Positions 1 through 11,381 are shown, numbered from the stretch's first letter. The stretch is DNA of 64,000 bases from Cladosporium halotolerans (GCF_011745625.1 NW_027191458.1:248001-312000); one strand, 5' to 3'. Numbers and translations: made by a program. Notes: a model not told the origin generated them from the letters alone.

Positions 1-3000
1 CTTCGCCATCAAGCTTGGGTTCGCCCATAGCGTCGACGCCGTTCGTATGCGGTACCTCGTCCTCAATGGCAGTCGTATCAAAGGCTTCTTTATCTTGATC
101 AACCTCGTTCAGATGCTCTTGCTCAACATCACTGCCACCATCAGGCACTTCGCCGTTCTGCACATTGGCTTGACGTTCGTTAAGCCCGTTCGTCGCATTT
201 TCTGGCTCAGGAGAATCACCGTTTGGACCAGGCGCCTCTTCCTCATCATCAACCTCACTCACATGTCTGTCGACATCCATCTCTTCCGGCTGTTCAAAAT
301 CCTCATCACTCCACACCTGCTCTCCAAAATCATCGTTCGGGACAGAGTCCGCGTTTGATTCGTCGTCAACACGGACTACGTCTTCGTCCGCCTGCTCAGT
401 ATCGCCACCCTGAGCCGGCCCGTCCATGTGCTGCACATCGACCTGCGGCAAGGTCGCTCCGCCACGAGAGACCTTTCGTTGCCTGTGCAGTCGACGCTCG
501 GCAGCCTTGAGCCGGGCGACCTCGTTCCAATCGCCGCGAGACATGGCACGGACAGAGAAGGTCTTGATCTTCAGCTCTTCGAAGTATTCTTGGCGATCAC
601 GTCCGAGACTTGCTGCGTTCGCGGTCTTCTCCCAAATTTCAGCATCGGTGGGAGTCGGCTCTCTGTGGTTGCGAGCGCTAGATAAATCGGCAGAGCTCGG
701 CGGAGCGATCTCAGGCGCCTGAACTGAATCGTTGAGTGCAGGCGCAGTCGCTGACGGAGCCCTTTGCAGGTCCCTGATTCTTGATGCGTACGACGGCCCT
801 CTGGAAGGAAGCCTTCCGGAAGCAGGAGTGGGCGCATGCGAGCTATCGGGCTCAAGAGTTCCGATTTGAGGTGATGGCTGTAGCGAGGTAGGTTGGCTAT
901 GAGGCATACCACCTTCTGGCGAGGCGCTTATTCGCTGGCTGGATGGTCGCAGTCCCCGTTGATTCTTGCTGCTGGGGGAGGCATTACTGGTCTCCTCGTC
1001 CTGTTCAGCGTGTATATGAGGCACATCGTTGCTTCTGACGGACACAGCAGCTCTCTGAGACCTTGTCGTGGAAGGATCTAGTGTCTGAAATGCTTGGCTT
1101 TCCTGAGTTGCTCGGTCCTCGCTCGACAAGGATCTCTGCAATTCTTGCGAGAGCTGCACGGCGGCGCGAGTGTCAATGCCAGATTCCATCCTTGAACGGC
1201 GGCGCTGATCGGACGAGATCGGCGTACTGCCTTCTCCCGTCTTCATTGGTGACAGGAGTTTCCGAGTTCCCTCGTTTTGTCTTCGCAGAGCTGACAATGG
1301 TGTTGGCTGCGCTGCCGGCGATGGGGCATTTACGTCTGATTGCTTTCTCACGGTGACAGAACTCCGCTTGGGCGTAGATTCAGCTAACGAAGATTGTTGT
1401 TGCTCTTGCGTCGAAGTGTCAGGCGGGACATTACCATCGTCTTCCACATCTTGGCCCTCACTAGCCAGTTGCGCCTCCAGCATATCCAAGTCGTCTGCTG
1501 GGGTCTGCTCTTGATCTTCATCTCTAACGAAGCCATCGCTCTTGCTAGTGTCCTTGACGGGAGGTTCTTGTGGTACATGCTCCGTAGTATTTTCAATGCT
1601 AGTCGTCCGACGATTACGGTCGTACTGCGCATCGAGCTCCTCGTCGGTCGGTCTCGGAGCACCAGCACGCTGCTTGCCCTTGTCGCGAGTGAATTTGAGA
1701 GTCGTCTGCGTTCCACTAGAAGGCCATATGAGACTCCCACGAGCAGTCTCCTGCTCGGCGGAGCTTACCTCGACCCTAGGGCTCGACGAGCGCTTCGCCT
1801 TCGTCGACGGCCGCTTTTTGCCCAGTTCAGTGTCGCGGTTCCTTTGAACCTGGGGTGGCGAACTTGGGACTTCCACGAGCCGAGACTGTCTATTAGTCGT
1901 GGCAGACGGTCGACGGGCCGCACGAGCCTGCATTGAGCGCTCGACTGGAGAGCTGTTGGCCAGTAGTTGAGAGCTCTCGATCTCTGGCTCATCAGCTATC
2001 CTCGAAGCGCGTATCGAACGCCCCTGATCGGCTTCTAAAGCCTTGATCTGCGCTTTGTAGCCATCAAGCTGCTTCTGCACCTCGGACATCTCCCACCGAC
2101 GGAAAAACCGGCCCTTCGCTTCTCCTGCTGGCAGGCCCTCGCGGAAAGCGCGACGGAGCTTGCAGCTATCCTTCAAAGTCCAGCCCTCGAGTTGAGCATG
2201 GTTTTGTGGAAACAAAGGATTCTTTTCCGCATTTTTCCACGCTTGGTCTTGCAAGGCTAACACTTTACGGTAGACTGAATCCTCGGAACGTTTCGGAAAG
2301 TGAGTGTCCTTGATCTCGAGAGCATCGTAACCATCGGCTATGGCACGATTCATGACCTGAATGTCGCCGAGCGGCCAAGGTTTCCGCCCTTGACCAGATC
2401 CTGGGCCAGGACTGCTGTAGTCACTGGGCGCTTCACTGACACCTTTCAAGAGCTTGATGTCGGGGTTCTGCTTCAGTAACAAAGCTTGCCGGCTGCGCAC
2501 AGCACTCGTCGTGCGGTGCTGGATCTCGAATGTTCTGACTATCTCTGCCGCACTGAGGCCTTGGCGAAAGCCTTTGAGAATATATGTATCTTCCTCAGTC
2601 GACCAAAAGCTCTTCGGTCCTTGATGAGACCGTGGGTTCTTGCTAGATGATCCCTGAGTACCAGGTAAATTTTCCGATCCTTTTGGCTTTGGTGTCAAAG
2701 TAATCATCTTTTGAACCTTTTTAAGTTTGCCTTGGTCTTTCTTCGCGGTAGATGGAGCAGTACTGAGGGGTTGTTCCTCTGGAGGAGGTGGGTCGAACGA
2801 GAGGTCGTCGAAATCATTTTCGCCTGCGATTCCCTGAAGAAGATCATCGTCCTCGATGGGATCAAATTCGTCGTCCTCCAAATTTTCTCGCTGCAAATTC
2901 AGTTGACTCTGCGTACTTGCGGCTGCTAAAGATACTCCAGATGGCGTAGGCTTTGGGCGCTGAGCAGACTCGGGTGGCTGTTGGGTGAAAGTATGAGATT

Positions 3001-4030
3001 TGCCAGAAACAGGTGTAGGAGATCGCGGCTGAGCTCGGTCGTTTTGATCATCAGCGCTCGCCAATTCAGAAGTAGCTTGCAGCTTTGAGAGCGTCTGCTT
3101 CTGTAGCCGCGGTCGACTGACGACAGGCGACACGTCCCTGCGAATTTCCGGACCAGCAGTCGATGCTCGAAATCGTTCTGCACCGGCGTTGGAAGTACCC
3201 GCAGCAGCATCTACGGGTACAGACTGTAGATCGCGAGAGCGCGTTTGATGCGTGTTTTCCGGAAAGCTGTTTGGGACGCTCTCCTCTTCGCCTTGCGGTG
3301 CCTGCGAGCCGGAGACAAGAATGTCCTCTTCGTTCTCGCCCTCCATACTCGATTGAATGACGTCGTCACGTTTCCGCTGAGGTCGTTTCCTTTTCCGACT
3401 AGAAACGCCAGGAAGCGCAGGAACAGCGAAGCCATCAGCATCCACCTTGCGGCTGCCTTCATCTGCTTCGTTTCGCTCGGGACTGCCAGGTCCCATGCTC
3501 CTCTCATGCGACTCTATAGGCGTGTCTTCGTCCACTTCGTCCAATGAGGCACCATAGCGTTCCTGCTGTATTTTGCGGCGCTTGACTTGCTCTTGTTGCT
3601 CCGAGGTCAACTCTGGCCTTGAAAAGCCCGGCGGTCGCAGGCCAGAAGTGTCTGGGACAGAGCCGTCGCGGTCGATGGCGTTCTGCAGCATGACGAGCAC
3701 CAGATCCTCCTTTGGAGATTTCGAGGAGTATCCGAGTTCTCCAACCCCGTCGTGCGAGTCGATGTCGGCGCCGAAACGGTCTTGGAGCTTGTGAAACCAT
3801 CCTTTTGCAACTTCCTCTTTCCCATAATTGCGCTCGTATCGCTCCCGAATATGTTTCCAGACGTCGGCAAAAGTCTCACTAGCTCGAGTGGGCACTGCTA
3901 TAACCTGCAGAGGTTCTTCAACCTTCGGTTGCTGGAATCGCCTAAAGAGTGAATTTGTCGGCCGGCGGGGCGGCATAATCTTGACGATGAAGCGGAATTG
4001 ATCCTCATCGTTGCGTTTTTGAGGAGCCAT
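1..4030 (-). CDS. Large protein (>1340 aa, 3' end outside window) with a putative Net1/Dnt1-like (Cdc14-binding) N-terminal domain, three Myb/SANT-like repeats and long low-complexity acidic regions
   Basis: ATG at 4030 (MAPQKRNDEDQFRFIVKIMPP...FADVWKHIRERYERNY...WFHKLQDRFGADID...RDGSVPDTSGLRP). The frame appears open to the window edge (...DAMGEPKLDGE): segments read by hand have no stop, and the ORF track lists no ORF ending in this frame. Myb-like repeats at ~2040-2620 (WSTEEDTYILKG; WPLGDIQVMNRA; WTLKDSCKLRRA). Domain names come from recalled family patterns. Confidence 0.75.
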   Translation of the reverse strand, partial: MAPQKRNDEDQFRFIVKIMPPRRPTNSLFRRFQQPKVEEPLQVIAVPTRASETFADVWKHIRERYERNYGKEEVAKGWFHKLQDRFGADIDSHDGVGELGYSSKSPKEDLVLVMLQNAIDRDGSVPDTSGLRPPGFSRPELTSEQQEQVKRRKIQQERYGASLDEVDEDTPIESHERSMGPGSPERNEADEGSRKVDADGFAVPALPGVSSRKRKRPQRKRDDVIQSSMEGENEEDILVSGSQAPQGEEESVPNSFPENTHQTRSRDLQSVPVDAAAGTSNAGAERFRASTAGPEIRRDVSPVVSRPRLQKQTLSKLQATSELASADDQNDRAQPRSPTPVSGKSHTFTQQPPESAQRPKPTPSGVSLAAASTQSQLNLQRENLEDDEFDPIEDDDLLQGIAGENDFDDLSFDPPPPEEQPLSTAPSTAKKDQGKLKKVQKMITLTPKPKGSENLPGTQGSSSKNPRSHQGPKSFWSTEEDTYILKGFRQGLSAAEIVRTFEIQHRTTSAVRSRQALLLKQNPDIKLLKGVSEAPSDYSSPGPGSGQGRKPWPLGDIQVMNRAIADGYDALEIKDTHFPKRSEDSVYRKVLALQDQAWKNAEKNPLFPQNHAQLEGWTLKDSCKLRRAFREGLPAGEAKGRFFRRWEMSEVQKQLDGYKAQIKALEADQGRSIRASRIADEPEIESSQLLANSSPVERSMQARAARRPSATTNRQSRLVEVPSSPPQVQRNRDTELGKKRPSTKAKRSSSPRVEVSSAEQETARGSLIWPSSGTQTTLKFTRDKGKQRAGAPRPTDEELDAQYDRNRRTTSIENTTEHVPQEPPVKDTSKSDGFVRDEDQEQTPADDLDMLEAQLASEGQDVEDDGNVPPDTSTQEQQQSSLAESTPKRSSVTVRKQSDVNAPSPAAQPTPLSALRRQNEGTRKLLSPMKTGEGSTPISSDQRRRSRMESGIDTRAAVQLSQELQRSLSSEDRATQESQAFQTLDPSTTRSQRAAVSVRSNDVPHIHAEQDEETSNASPSSKNQRGLRPSSQRISASPEGGMPHSQPTSLQPSPQIGTLEPDSSHAPTPASGRLPSRGPSYASRIRDLQRAPSATAPALNDSVQAPEIAPPSSADLSSARNHREPTPTDAEIWEKTANAASLGRDRQEYFEELKIKTFSVRAMSRGDWNEVARLKAAERRLHRQRKVSRGGATLPQVDVQHMDGPAQGGDTEQADEDVVRVDDESNADSVPNDDFGEQVWSDEDFEQPEEMDVDRHVSEVDDEEEAPGPNGDSPEPENATNGLNERQANVQNGEVPDGGSDVEQEHLNEVDQDKEAFDTTAIEDEVPHTNGVDAMGEPKLDGE

Positions 4031-4465
4031 TGCGGCTTCTGTGCTGGCAACGTCGTTGGCGACAGCAGCGTTGCCGTCAGTTGGTTGTCAAGGCGGTTTC
4101 ATGCCACGGCAAAGAGGATATTCGAATCCGCTGTGAAGTGAGCTCGGCGTCGGCCTGCGACCTGAAACCTTGAAGCTCTGCGCGCCGATCGCGACTTTTT
4201 CGCGACAGCCCCACTTTTAGAACGCTAAGCGCGCTGAGGGAACGCACGGGAGTAGCCGCACGCTCGTGCGCGCGCGTGCTACTGAAAGCTTAATTTGGGA
4301 ACAAAGACAATTGATTGACACGCAAGAACGCAAACGGTTGGCAGCAAACGGCAAGAAATGCACGACCTGTGCTGTATGAATTGGCTCATTGGCCACCTGT
4401 TAGATCTCCACATCACTATGATTACGAAAACGGAACACTTATCCTCCGATTCGCCCAACCGCGCC

Positions 4466-5294
4466 ATGAGTGACAGAATATACATTGGGAGCCTGCTGTA
4501 TCAGGTGCAACCCGAAGAAATCCTTCAGATATTTGAGGAAAAGAGGATCGCCATGTACGCTTCTAATAGTTCAATTGTAGCGTTAAGCTAATCCAATCAG
4601 TGACAAACTCGACATGGCGATCGATCCGTTCTCTGGCAGAAACCCCTCATATTGTTTCGTTGACCTCGCCGATCGTGAAGATCTAGACGATGTGCTGCAG
4701 CGTCTTCAAGGCGTTCTCGTTCGCGGAAGACCTATCAGAGTGAATCGCAATACATGCAAACGTCAGCAACGCATTGGTGGAATGAAAACAGAAGATCAGT
4801 CCGGCAGGTGGCGCACAATCGAGCTCCCCAATAAATCATCGAAAGTTCCGACGTTCGCATTCGATCGATGGACCCGCACAGACGCCCGCGATCACTGGAC
4901 GAAGCCTGTCGACGAAGGACGTCGACTATTCGTCGGCGGCTTGTCCGACATCTCCAATCAATCCTTCGTCAATCGTGAAATGCAACAGCTATTTGAAGGG
5001 CACGACATCCAAGCCGTCAGCAAGCGTATCCTCCCAGCCCATCGCGACGAGCGCATCCCAGCAACAGGGCAATGCTACTGCTTCGTTGATTTGCCGAGTG
5101 TGGAAGAGGCGGGGCGCGCTGCCGTGCTGTTGAATGGTAAACCCACGCCATATGGAGGCGTCTACAAAGTGAAACGAGCGCACCCCCAAGCGGATCGCAA
5201 AGTCTGTCGCGAACAGGACAAGCTTCTGGGGATTCACAGAGTCACTGGGCAGCCGCGGCGAGACTTGAGTGGCGATTGGAGATCAAAGACTTGA
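4466..5294 (+). CDS. Two-RRM RNA-binding protein; exons 4466-4554, 4601-5294
   Basis: RNP2 RIYIGSL and RNP1 PSYCFVD; second RRM RLFVGGL...CYCFVD. The 46-nt intron GTACGC...GCTAAT...CAG joins the frames. Confidence 0.85.
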
Positions 5295-5502
5295 GGCTAT
5301 GAGGCCGCTGGTCTCCGCAATGGACAAGGGAGAGGCAATGGTGCCCCTTGAGCTAGAAACAATGGTCTATAGGGTATACGCTCGATAATGATAATCCAAA
5401 GCCGAGTCGACTCCAAACCACTCGCGTTGAATGCCTGCTCTTTCGACAGAACACACCAAGGGATGATCTCATCAAAAGTTACATCTGCTCACAAGATGTA
5501 AA

Positions 5503-7047
5503 TCAACAGAACGCCGTGCCTACAGATGTGACTTGGGCGCAAGCCCAACTGCAGGCCGTCCGCTTGAAAGGGAGGATGGCATCTTGGGTCAGATTGTAAT
5601 AGTCGTGGCCATGGAACCAATACTCAAGCCACTCCGCCCTCGGCATCACAAAGGGCTTTCTGCATGTTGAGCATTGGTCATTCCCGTACTCGACACCTCT
5701 GGCGGCTTGCTCAAGTGCTCGAGAGACGGTGGAAGGTGTGTCAAGCGGCAGCAAAGCTGTTACGTCGCGAAGATCGTAGCTCTCTTGCGCCGAGCGGAGC
5801 ACAAGCTCGAACAAGGATGGCGCGGTGGTGCTGGCCTGAGTAACCGGTGGTGATTGGGGTTCGAGGACTGGTGCCTCCCAATCGATCTCCCCACTCGGAT
5901 GTGCAGTCATTGAGGGGCGGACGACTGAGCCTTCGCTGTCCAGAAATCGAATTCGAGATGGTGCTAGGAAAATGAGCTGCTCTCGACTGTTGCGCTTCTT
6001 TTTGGGAGTGGCATCTTCATCGCCGCCGTTGAGTGTTTGGCGGCCTCTCAGAAATCTAGCTTCTAATGATTTGGAAATTGCTGAAGCAGCAGGGTGTTGG
6101 TCATCACCCAGCTGCTCATCTAGTTGCATGAGCTTGGATGAGTCCTTGTCGATAGTGACCTTAGGTACCCGGAAGGGATTTGGCCTCAGGCTGACCTTGC
6201 AAACGTCCTCTGTTGAACGCAGCAAATCCAGTACACTCCAAGGTAGGTGATTTAGTCTGTTCCCGGCAACGTTAAGCTCCGTCAGTCTGTTAAGCTGGGT
6301 AATAGCCGCGGGAAGCTCTTCGAGGCTGTTGTTACGCAGACTCAAGACTGTTATGTTTCGCAACTTGAAAAGCTCAGCTGGCAAAGACGAGAGCAAGTTG
6401 CCATAGAGGAAGAGTTGTATCGAGGGCGTAAAACAAGAGTATTGATCCTCACTCGGTGGTTGTGTGAGGTCGTCGTGAGCATGCCGAATCATTTGATGTA
6501 GGGGCAGAAGAGCAGCGCTTGAAATTGAGGTCAACCCGATACCGGATAAATCGATCATTTCCTTGCCGTTGTCCACACAGCCCTGTACGACCCTTGCTGC
6601 GAAACCTTCTGGGTCATCTTCTGTCGCGTCAATCCTTGAGCGCTGCTTGACAACCTCTTCGCGAGCCAGGTGCTCATGTCTGCTCCTTTCGGAACCAAAG
6701 CTTTCCAGACTGTCGTCACTTCCCATCCAAACACCACTGTCGACATTCCTAAATCCATCCTTTTTGATCATGCTCCTGCGTAAGTCATGCCTCGATCTCC
6801 GTGCCATGTTCCACCAAGGACCTTTAACCATCCGTTTGCGCTTTGGTTGCTCCTCATCTTCGTGGAACGCGAACTCGGACGTATCCTCGGAGAATAGAGG
6901 ATCGCTACTCAAGCTGCCGTAATCCGAATGCAGGCGTTTGCGCCCCGCATTCGCTGTGAATGAGATATCGCTGAGCGTAGGTAACAATGGAGGTGACGAA
7001 GGAGGATCTTCGAATGGAAGTGGAGGCGACGAAGGCAGAGCCATCAT
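5503..7047 (-). CDS. Leucine-rich repeat protein with a BC-box-like motif and a C-terminal Cys-rich (CxxC...CxxxC) domain
   Basis: LRRs LFLYGNLLSSLPAEL, LSLRNNSLEELPAAI, LNVAGNRLNHLP. C-terminus has PSLFELVLRSA, CSTC and CSWAC. The start is uncertain (ATGs at 7119, 7047, 7044). Confidence 0.85.
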   Translation of the reverse strand: MMALPSSPPLPFEDPPSSPPLLPTLSDISFTANAGRKRLHSDYGSLSSDPLFSEDTSEFAFHEDEEQPKRKRMVKGPWWNMARRSRHDLRRSMIKKDGFRNVDSGVWMGSDDSLESFGSERSRHEHLAREEVVKQRSRIDATEDDPEGFAARVVQGCVDNGKEMIDLSGIGLTSISSAALLPLHQMIRHAHDDLTQPPSEDQYSCFTPSIQLFLYGNLLSSLPAELFKLRNITVLSLRNNSLEELPAAITQLNRLTELNVAGNRLNHLPWSVLDLLRSTEDVCKVSLRPNPFRVPKVTIDKDSSKLMQLDEQLGDDQHPAASAISKSLEARFLRGRQTLNGGDEDATPKKKRNSREQLIFLAPSRIRFLDSEGSVVRPSMTAHPSGEIDWEAPVLEPQSPPVTQASTTAPSLFELVLRSAQESYDLRDVTALLPLDTPSTVSRALEQAARGVEYGNDQCSTCRKPFVMPRAEWLEYWFHGHDYYNLTQDAILPFKRTACSWACAQVTSVGTAFC

Positions 7048-7422
7048 GAGTGTTTGGTGCTCAGATGCTCGCCGTGGGAGAGAAGAGGGGAGAGAGAGAA
7101 TGGAAGGAGCCCACTCCATCGCGTGAGATAGCAAGACGCGCAGCGCGATTTACCTAGGTACGGCGGACTACAGCCCCGAGTGTGCCGCTTTCCCGGTGAC
7201 GTTAGAGCCCCGTGCCATCATGCACGCACGGATGGTTAGAGGCCTAGATGCGGACTCTTCAGGGCCTACCGTTTTCCCTCAAGCGTTTCAAGCAAAAGCA
7301 GCACTGTCACCGAGCCGAGCGATGGATGCCTCAGCATAGTCGCCAGCGCATCTTCGCAGCGCACAAGTGAAGTCTTCCTCCCACGCGCGCCAGAAGCGCC
7401 GCTTTGGTCCCCATACCTCAAA

Positions 7423-9981
7423 ATGGACCTGCACATGCTGGACGATCACGCCCCAGGATACCGAGACCTTCTTGGGGCGTCCACCACGCGCGAAACCTCC
7501 ATCCAAATCGCCCTTTCGCTGGCACTTGGAATCGGAGCATTCTTCGCCTTCTGCATCCTCAGAACACGATGGCCGGGTCTCTACGCGGCGCGCAAAAAGC
7601 ATCTGGACGCTGGTGCTTTACCAGAGCTTCCGGATACGATGTTTGGATGGATAGGACCATTATGGAGGATCACCGACCAGCAGGTCCTTGCGTCTGCGGG
7701 CTTGGATGCATATGCGTTTCTTGCGTTCTTCAAGATGGCCATGAAGTTTTGCTTCATCACTCTGTTCTTTTCTCTCATCGTCATCAAGCCAGTCCACGAT
7801 GCATACGAAGACGACGACGACCTGCCCGGGAATGACACCGATCATAACAGCACGGAAAAGCATCACAACGACATGCGTCGCTCTGTCAATCTTTTCGACG
7901 TCCATTCGCACAACTACACCGTACCGGGCTTTCCAGACGACTTCGAGACCGACTATCTCTGGATGTATGTCGCTTTTGCGTATTTGTTCACGGGCATTGC
8001 GGTCTACATGGTTTTTGCGTACACCCGCAAGATCATCGAAGTTCGTCAAGACTACCTCGGGTCTCAGACCACTGTCACCGACCGGACAATACGGCTATCT
8101 GGAATTCCTGCCCATCTTCAGGAAGAGGAAAAGATCAAGGAGTTTATTGAAAGTCTGGACATTGGTAAGGTGGATAGCGTAACAATATGTCGGGATTGGA
8201 AAGAGCTGGACACGGCTATGACGAATCGGACAAACACCATGAGGCGACTCGAAGAGGCTTACGCAGTCCATATGGGATTTCGGACGGTAGAGCGGAATCT
8301 GGAGTCTTTGCCGATTGCGCAGCCTCCACCTCCAGCCCCGACGGCGGATGGTGTGCCGGAACTCGAGCAGGAAAACACAGATGAGCACGAGCGGCTGGTC
8401 CTTGTTGACGGACAGCCGCATGTTCGTCCGTATGCGAAATTGCGTCCTAAAACGAGGATCTGGTACGGCCGGTTCGGCCTGCAAAGTCGGAAGGTCGACG
8501 CGATCGATTATTACCAGGAAAAGTTGCGAGAGGCTGATGCCGAGATTAAGCGTCTCCGTGAGAAAGAGTATCCCGCAACACCGATCGCCTTCGTCACTAT
8601 GGATTCTGTGGCAGCTTGCCAGATGGCTATTCAGGCAGTACTTGATCCGTCGCCACTTCAGCTTATTGCCAACCCTAGTCCTGCGCCGTCAGAGGTCATG
8701 TGGCGGAATACTTACCTTCCGCGCCGCAGCCGCATGATTCGATCGTGGTCGGTCACACTAGGTATTCTGTTCTTGTCCATCTTCTGGTCGATCATCCTTG
8801 TCCCAGTCGCCGGATTGCTAAACACAGATACCATTGGCAAGGTTTTTCCGCAGCTGGCCGAATTCTTGGACGCTCATAAGAATATCAAATCGCTCGTGGC
8901 TGCTCAGCTGCCTACGCTCATTGCCTCGCTGCTTATGGTTCTTGTGCCCTACATGTACTATTACCTTTCGTGGTACCAAGGATGGATCTCGCTGGGTGAC
9001 ATGGAGCTGTCGGCCATCTCGAAGAACTTCCTGTTCGTCTTCATCAATTTTTTCGTCGTCTTCACTGCTTTGGGCACCTTCTCTCAATTCTACCAATTCT
9101 TCGAGCGGTTCGGAGACGCCCTTCGAGACTTTAGAAGAGTCGCCATCACCCTTGCAGTTTCTCTGCAAAAGCTACTCGGCTTCTACGTCAACTTCATCAT
9201 CCTGCAGGGCCTGGGCCTGCTACCTTTCAGGCTATTGGAGTTTGGTAGCGTCGTGCTCTACCCTATTTATCTAATGGGCGCAAAGACTCCGCGCGACTAT
9301 GCAGAGCTCGTGCAACCGCCGACTTTCAGCTATGGGTTCTACCTGCCGACTTCTCTCCTCGTGTACATTATCTGCATGGTGTACAGCGTTTTGCACTCAT
9401 CCTGGCGCATTCTACTCGCCGGGTCCGCATACTTCGCGCTCGGTCACTTTGTGTACAAGTACCAACTTCTCTACGCCATGGATCACCAGCAGCACTCGAC
9501 CGGCCGTGGCTGGGGCATGATCTGCGACCGCATCTTCGTCGGCCTCGTCTTCTTCCAGATCACGACTGCCGGCCAACTCATTCTTCGCGGCGCCATCCCT
9601 CGCAGCCTGCTTCTGGTGCCGCTTATTATCGGCACGATCTGGATGTCGATCGCTTATGGCAACACTTACAAGCCGCTTCTCCGCTTCATCGCTTTGCGAA
9701 GTGTGCGTAGGGCAGAGCAGACTGCGTACGAGGACGAGCCGGACAACCCCGTGCCCTCGGGTTATCTCAGCCCCGATCGCAATCCGTGGGCAGATGCTGA
9801 GAGTGTCCGCAATAGGTGGGGCAGAGACGGCAGAGCTCGAGGCAAAGACGCCAGCAGCGACACCAGCATGCGGTTTGTGAACCCAAGCTTGGTGGCGCCG
9901 CTGGATCCTGTGTGGATCACGGAGGCGGAAACTGCGGCGGTAGAGGATGCCAATCTTCTGGATGGGGATGTGGACGTTTGA
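7423..9981 (+). CDS. CSC1: CSC1/OSCA/TMEM63-family calcium-permeable stress-gated cation channel (DUF221)
   Basis: 852-aa multi-TM ORF with family motifs AGLDAYAFLAFF, AFVTM, APSEVMWRN and YKYQLLY. Confidence 0.93.
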   Translation: MDLHMLDDHAPGYRDLLGASTTRETSIQIALSLALGIGAFFAFCILRTRWPGLYAARKKHLDAGALPELPDTMFGWIGPLWRITDQQVLASAGLDAYAFLAFFKMAMKFCFITLFFSLIVIKPVHDAYEDDDDLPGNDTDHNSTEKHHNDMRRSVNLFDVHSHNYTVPGFPDDFETDYLWMYVAFAYLFTGIAVYMVFAYTRKIIEVRQDYLGSQTTVTDRTIRLSGIPAHLQEEEKIKEFIESLDIGKVDSVTICRDWKELDTAMTNRTNTMRRLEEAYAVHMGFRTVERNLESLPIAQPPPPAPTADGVPELEQENTDEHERLVLVDGQPHVRPYAKLRPKTRIWYGRFGLQSRKVDAIDYYQEKLREADAEIKRLREKEYPATPIAFVTMDSVAACQMAIQAVLDPSPLQLIANPSPAPSEVMWRNTYLPRRSRMIRSWSVTLGILFLSIFWSIILVPVAGLLNTDTIGKVFPQLAEFLDAHKNIKSLVAAQLPTLIASLLMVLVPYMYYYLSWYQGWISLGDMELSAISKNFLFVFINFFVVFTALGTFSQFYQFFERFGDALRDFRRVAITLAVSLQKLLGFYVNFIILQGLGLLPFRLLEFGSVVLYPIYLMGAKTPRDYAELVQPPTFSYGFYLPTSLLVYIICMVYSVLHSSWRILLAGSAYFALGHFVYKYQLLYAMDHQQHSTGRGWGMICDRIFVGLVFFQITTAGQLILRGAIPRSLLLVPLIIGTIWMSIAYGNTYKPLLRFIALRSVRRAEQTAYEDEPDNPVPSGYLSPDRNPWADAESVRNRWGRDGRARGKDASSDTSMRFVNPSLVAPLDPVWITEAETAAVEDANLLDGDVDV

Positions 9982-10372
9982 GCTTTGTTCTGTACTGATG
10001 ATACCCTACTACTATTGCTTCGCTCGAGCGCTCTAGCGTGACCACTTTGTAATTATTTAATGTCGATAGCTTTAACGATGATATGTCATTTAGCAGAACT
10101 CAGCCTATTCGAAATCTGGGTATTTATCATCGTGTCTAGAAAGCGGTCGTAGATCTTGAGGTTGGTATAAAGAGACGATTTGAGCTCAAGTCTTGGCACA
10201 GACTTCACTCTGATTCGCCGCCGCAAAGTTTCTAAAGAAAGTGACTATACCAAACCCCGATCGATACGTTAGCGACACGCGCAGATTGCATTTTTGACCT
10301 GGAAAGACTGTTGGACCGGCACATACATCAAAAGCATCCTTCCATCGGCACCAAAATACCAGGCCGCCAAAG

Positions 10373-10825
10373 ATGAAGCTCCTCACCCTCAACTTCCTCA
10401 CCTGCGCCCGCAAAACCTGCAAAACCAACCCGGCCGCCTTTCCCCTGCACCCAAGGGAAGCCGAGCTCGAACAAATCGAAGCCGAGATCAACCCTCTGCT
10501 CATCCAAAATCTTCTACCCCGGATCAACTGGGAAGTTCTTAAAACGATCTCGCAAGAAGTAAAGCCCTCTCAGAGCCAAGTCAATCGAAACTTCGGAACA
10601 CTGACACAATCTTAGCTCGGTCTCCCCAGCCTGCCCGAAAGCGCGCCTGACTCTGAGGATTTCATGACGGAAGAGGGCGAGCCGACGCAGACGCTGAAGG
10701 ACCTGCACACGCTGCTGATGGAGATGAACGTGCAGAACGGCAAGCTGGTCTGCGGCAGCTGCGAGCACGAGTATGCGATTAAAGAGGGGATCGCGAACTT
10801 TTTGCTTCCGAGCCACATGGTTTGA
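10373..10825 (+). CDS. TRM112: Methyltransferase activator Trm112; exons 10373-10558, 10616-10825
   Basis: MKLLTLNFLTCARKTC...GKLVCGSCEHEYAIKEGIANFLLPSHMV. Intron GTAAAG...CTGAC...TAG at 10559-10615. Confidence 0.96.
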
Positions 10826-11381
10826 AGGAAGCATTCTATGATTTTTGTTCTCTTTTCACGAAATTTTCGAATGATGCCAGCGAGGCGATGGGCGTTTTGG
10901 GACGAGATGATTGAGAGGGAAGCTAACAGGGAGTGCTCATGCTACGAGATGACTGGGCATATCTAAAGTTGCGCGCATCTGTCATGAGCTCAGATGGTAA
11001 AGACAAAAAGCTCGCTGCCGTCCTTGGGGCTTTGCCTAATAAAAGGCTGCGGACCCTGGCTGAGGGGAAGCCGGATGCATTGAAGCCGGGGGCGTCCAAG
11101 ACTGCAAAATAACAGCTCTCTCAAAATGTCGATGGAAGTGGGAACTTGTGCGGCTTTCAAAGGACACCCTGCAACCCGGCGAGATGCCACCCACAGCCAA
11201 GATCGGAAAGTCATACAATCACGATCACTGGGGAAATCACATTTCTAAACCGTTGACAATGGAGGGCTTTCTTAATTCGTAGATCTATCCTAGCGCCTCA
11301 AACCCCTTCGCCTCAAACCATCTTTCACGTAAATTCATCAAGATCGTCTTTGCATCCAAATCCGGCCCGCATGCCACACTA

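Noticed and set aside
47..3952. Many short ORFs on both strands in the first 4 kb
   Set aside because: They are explained as shadows of the single long minus-strand frame starting at 4030.
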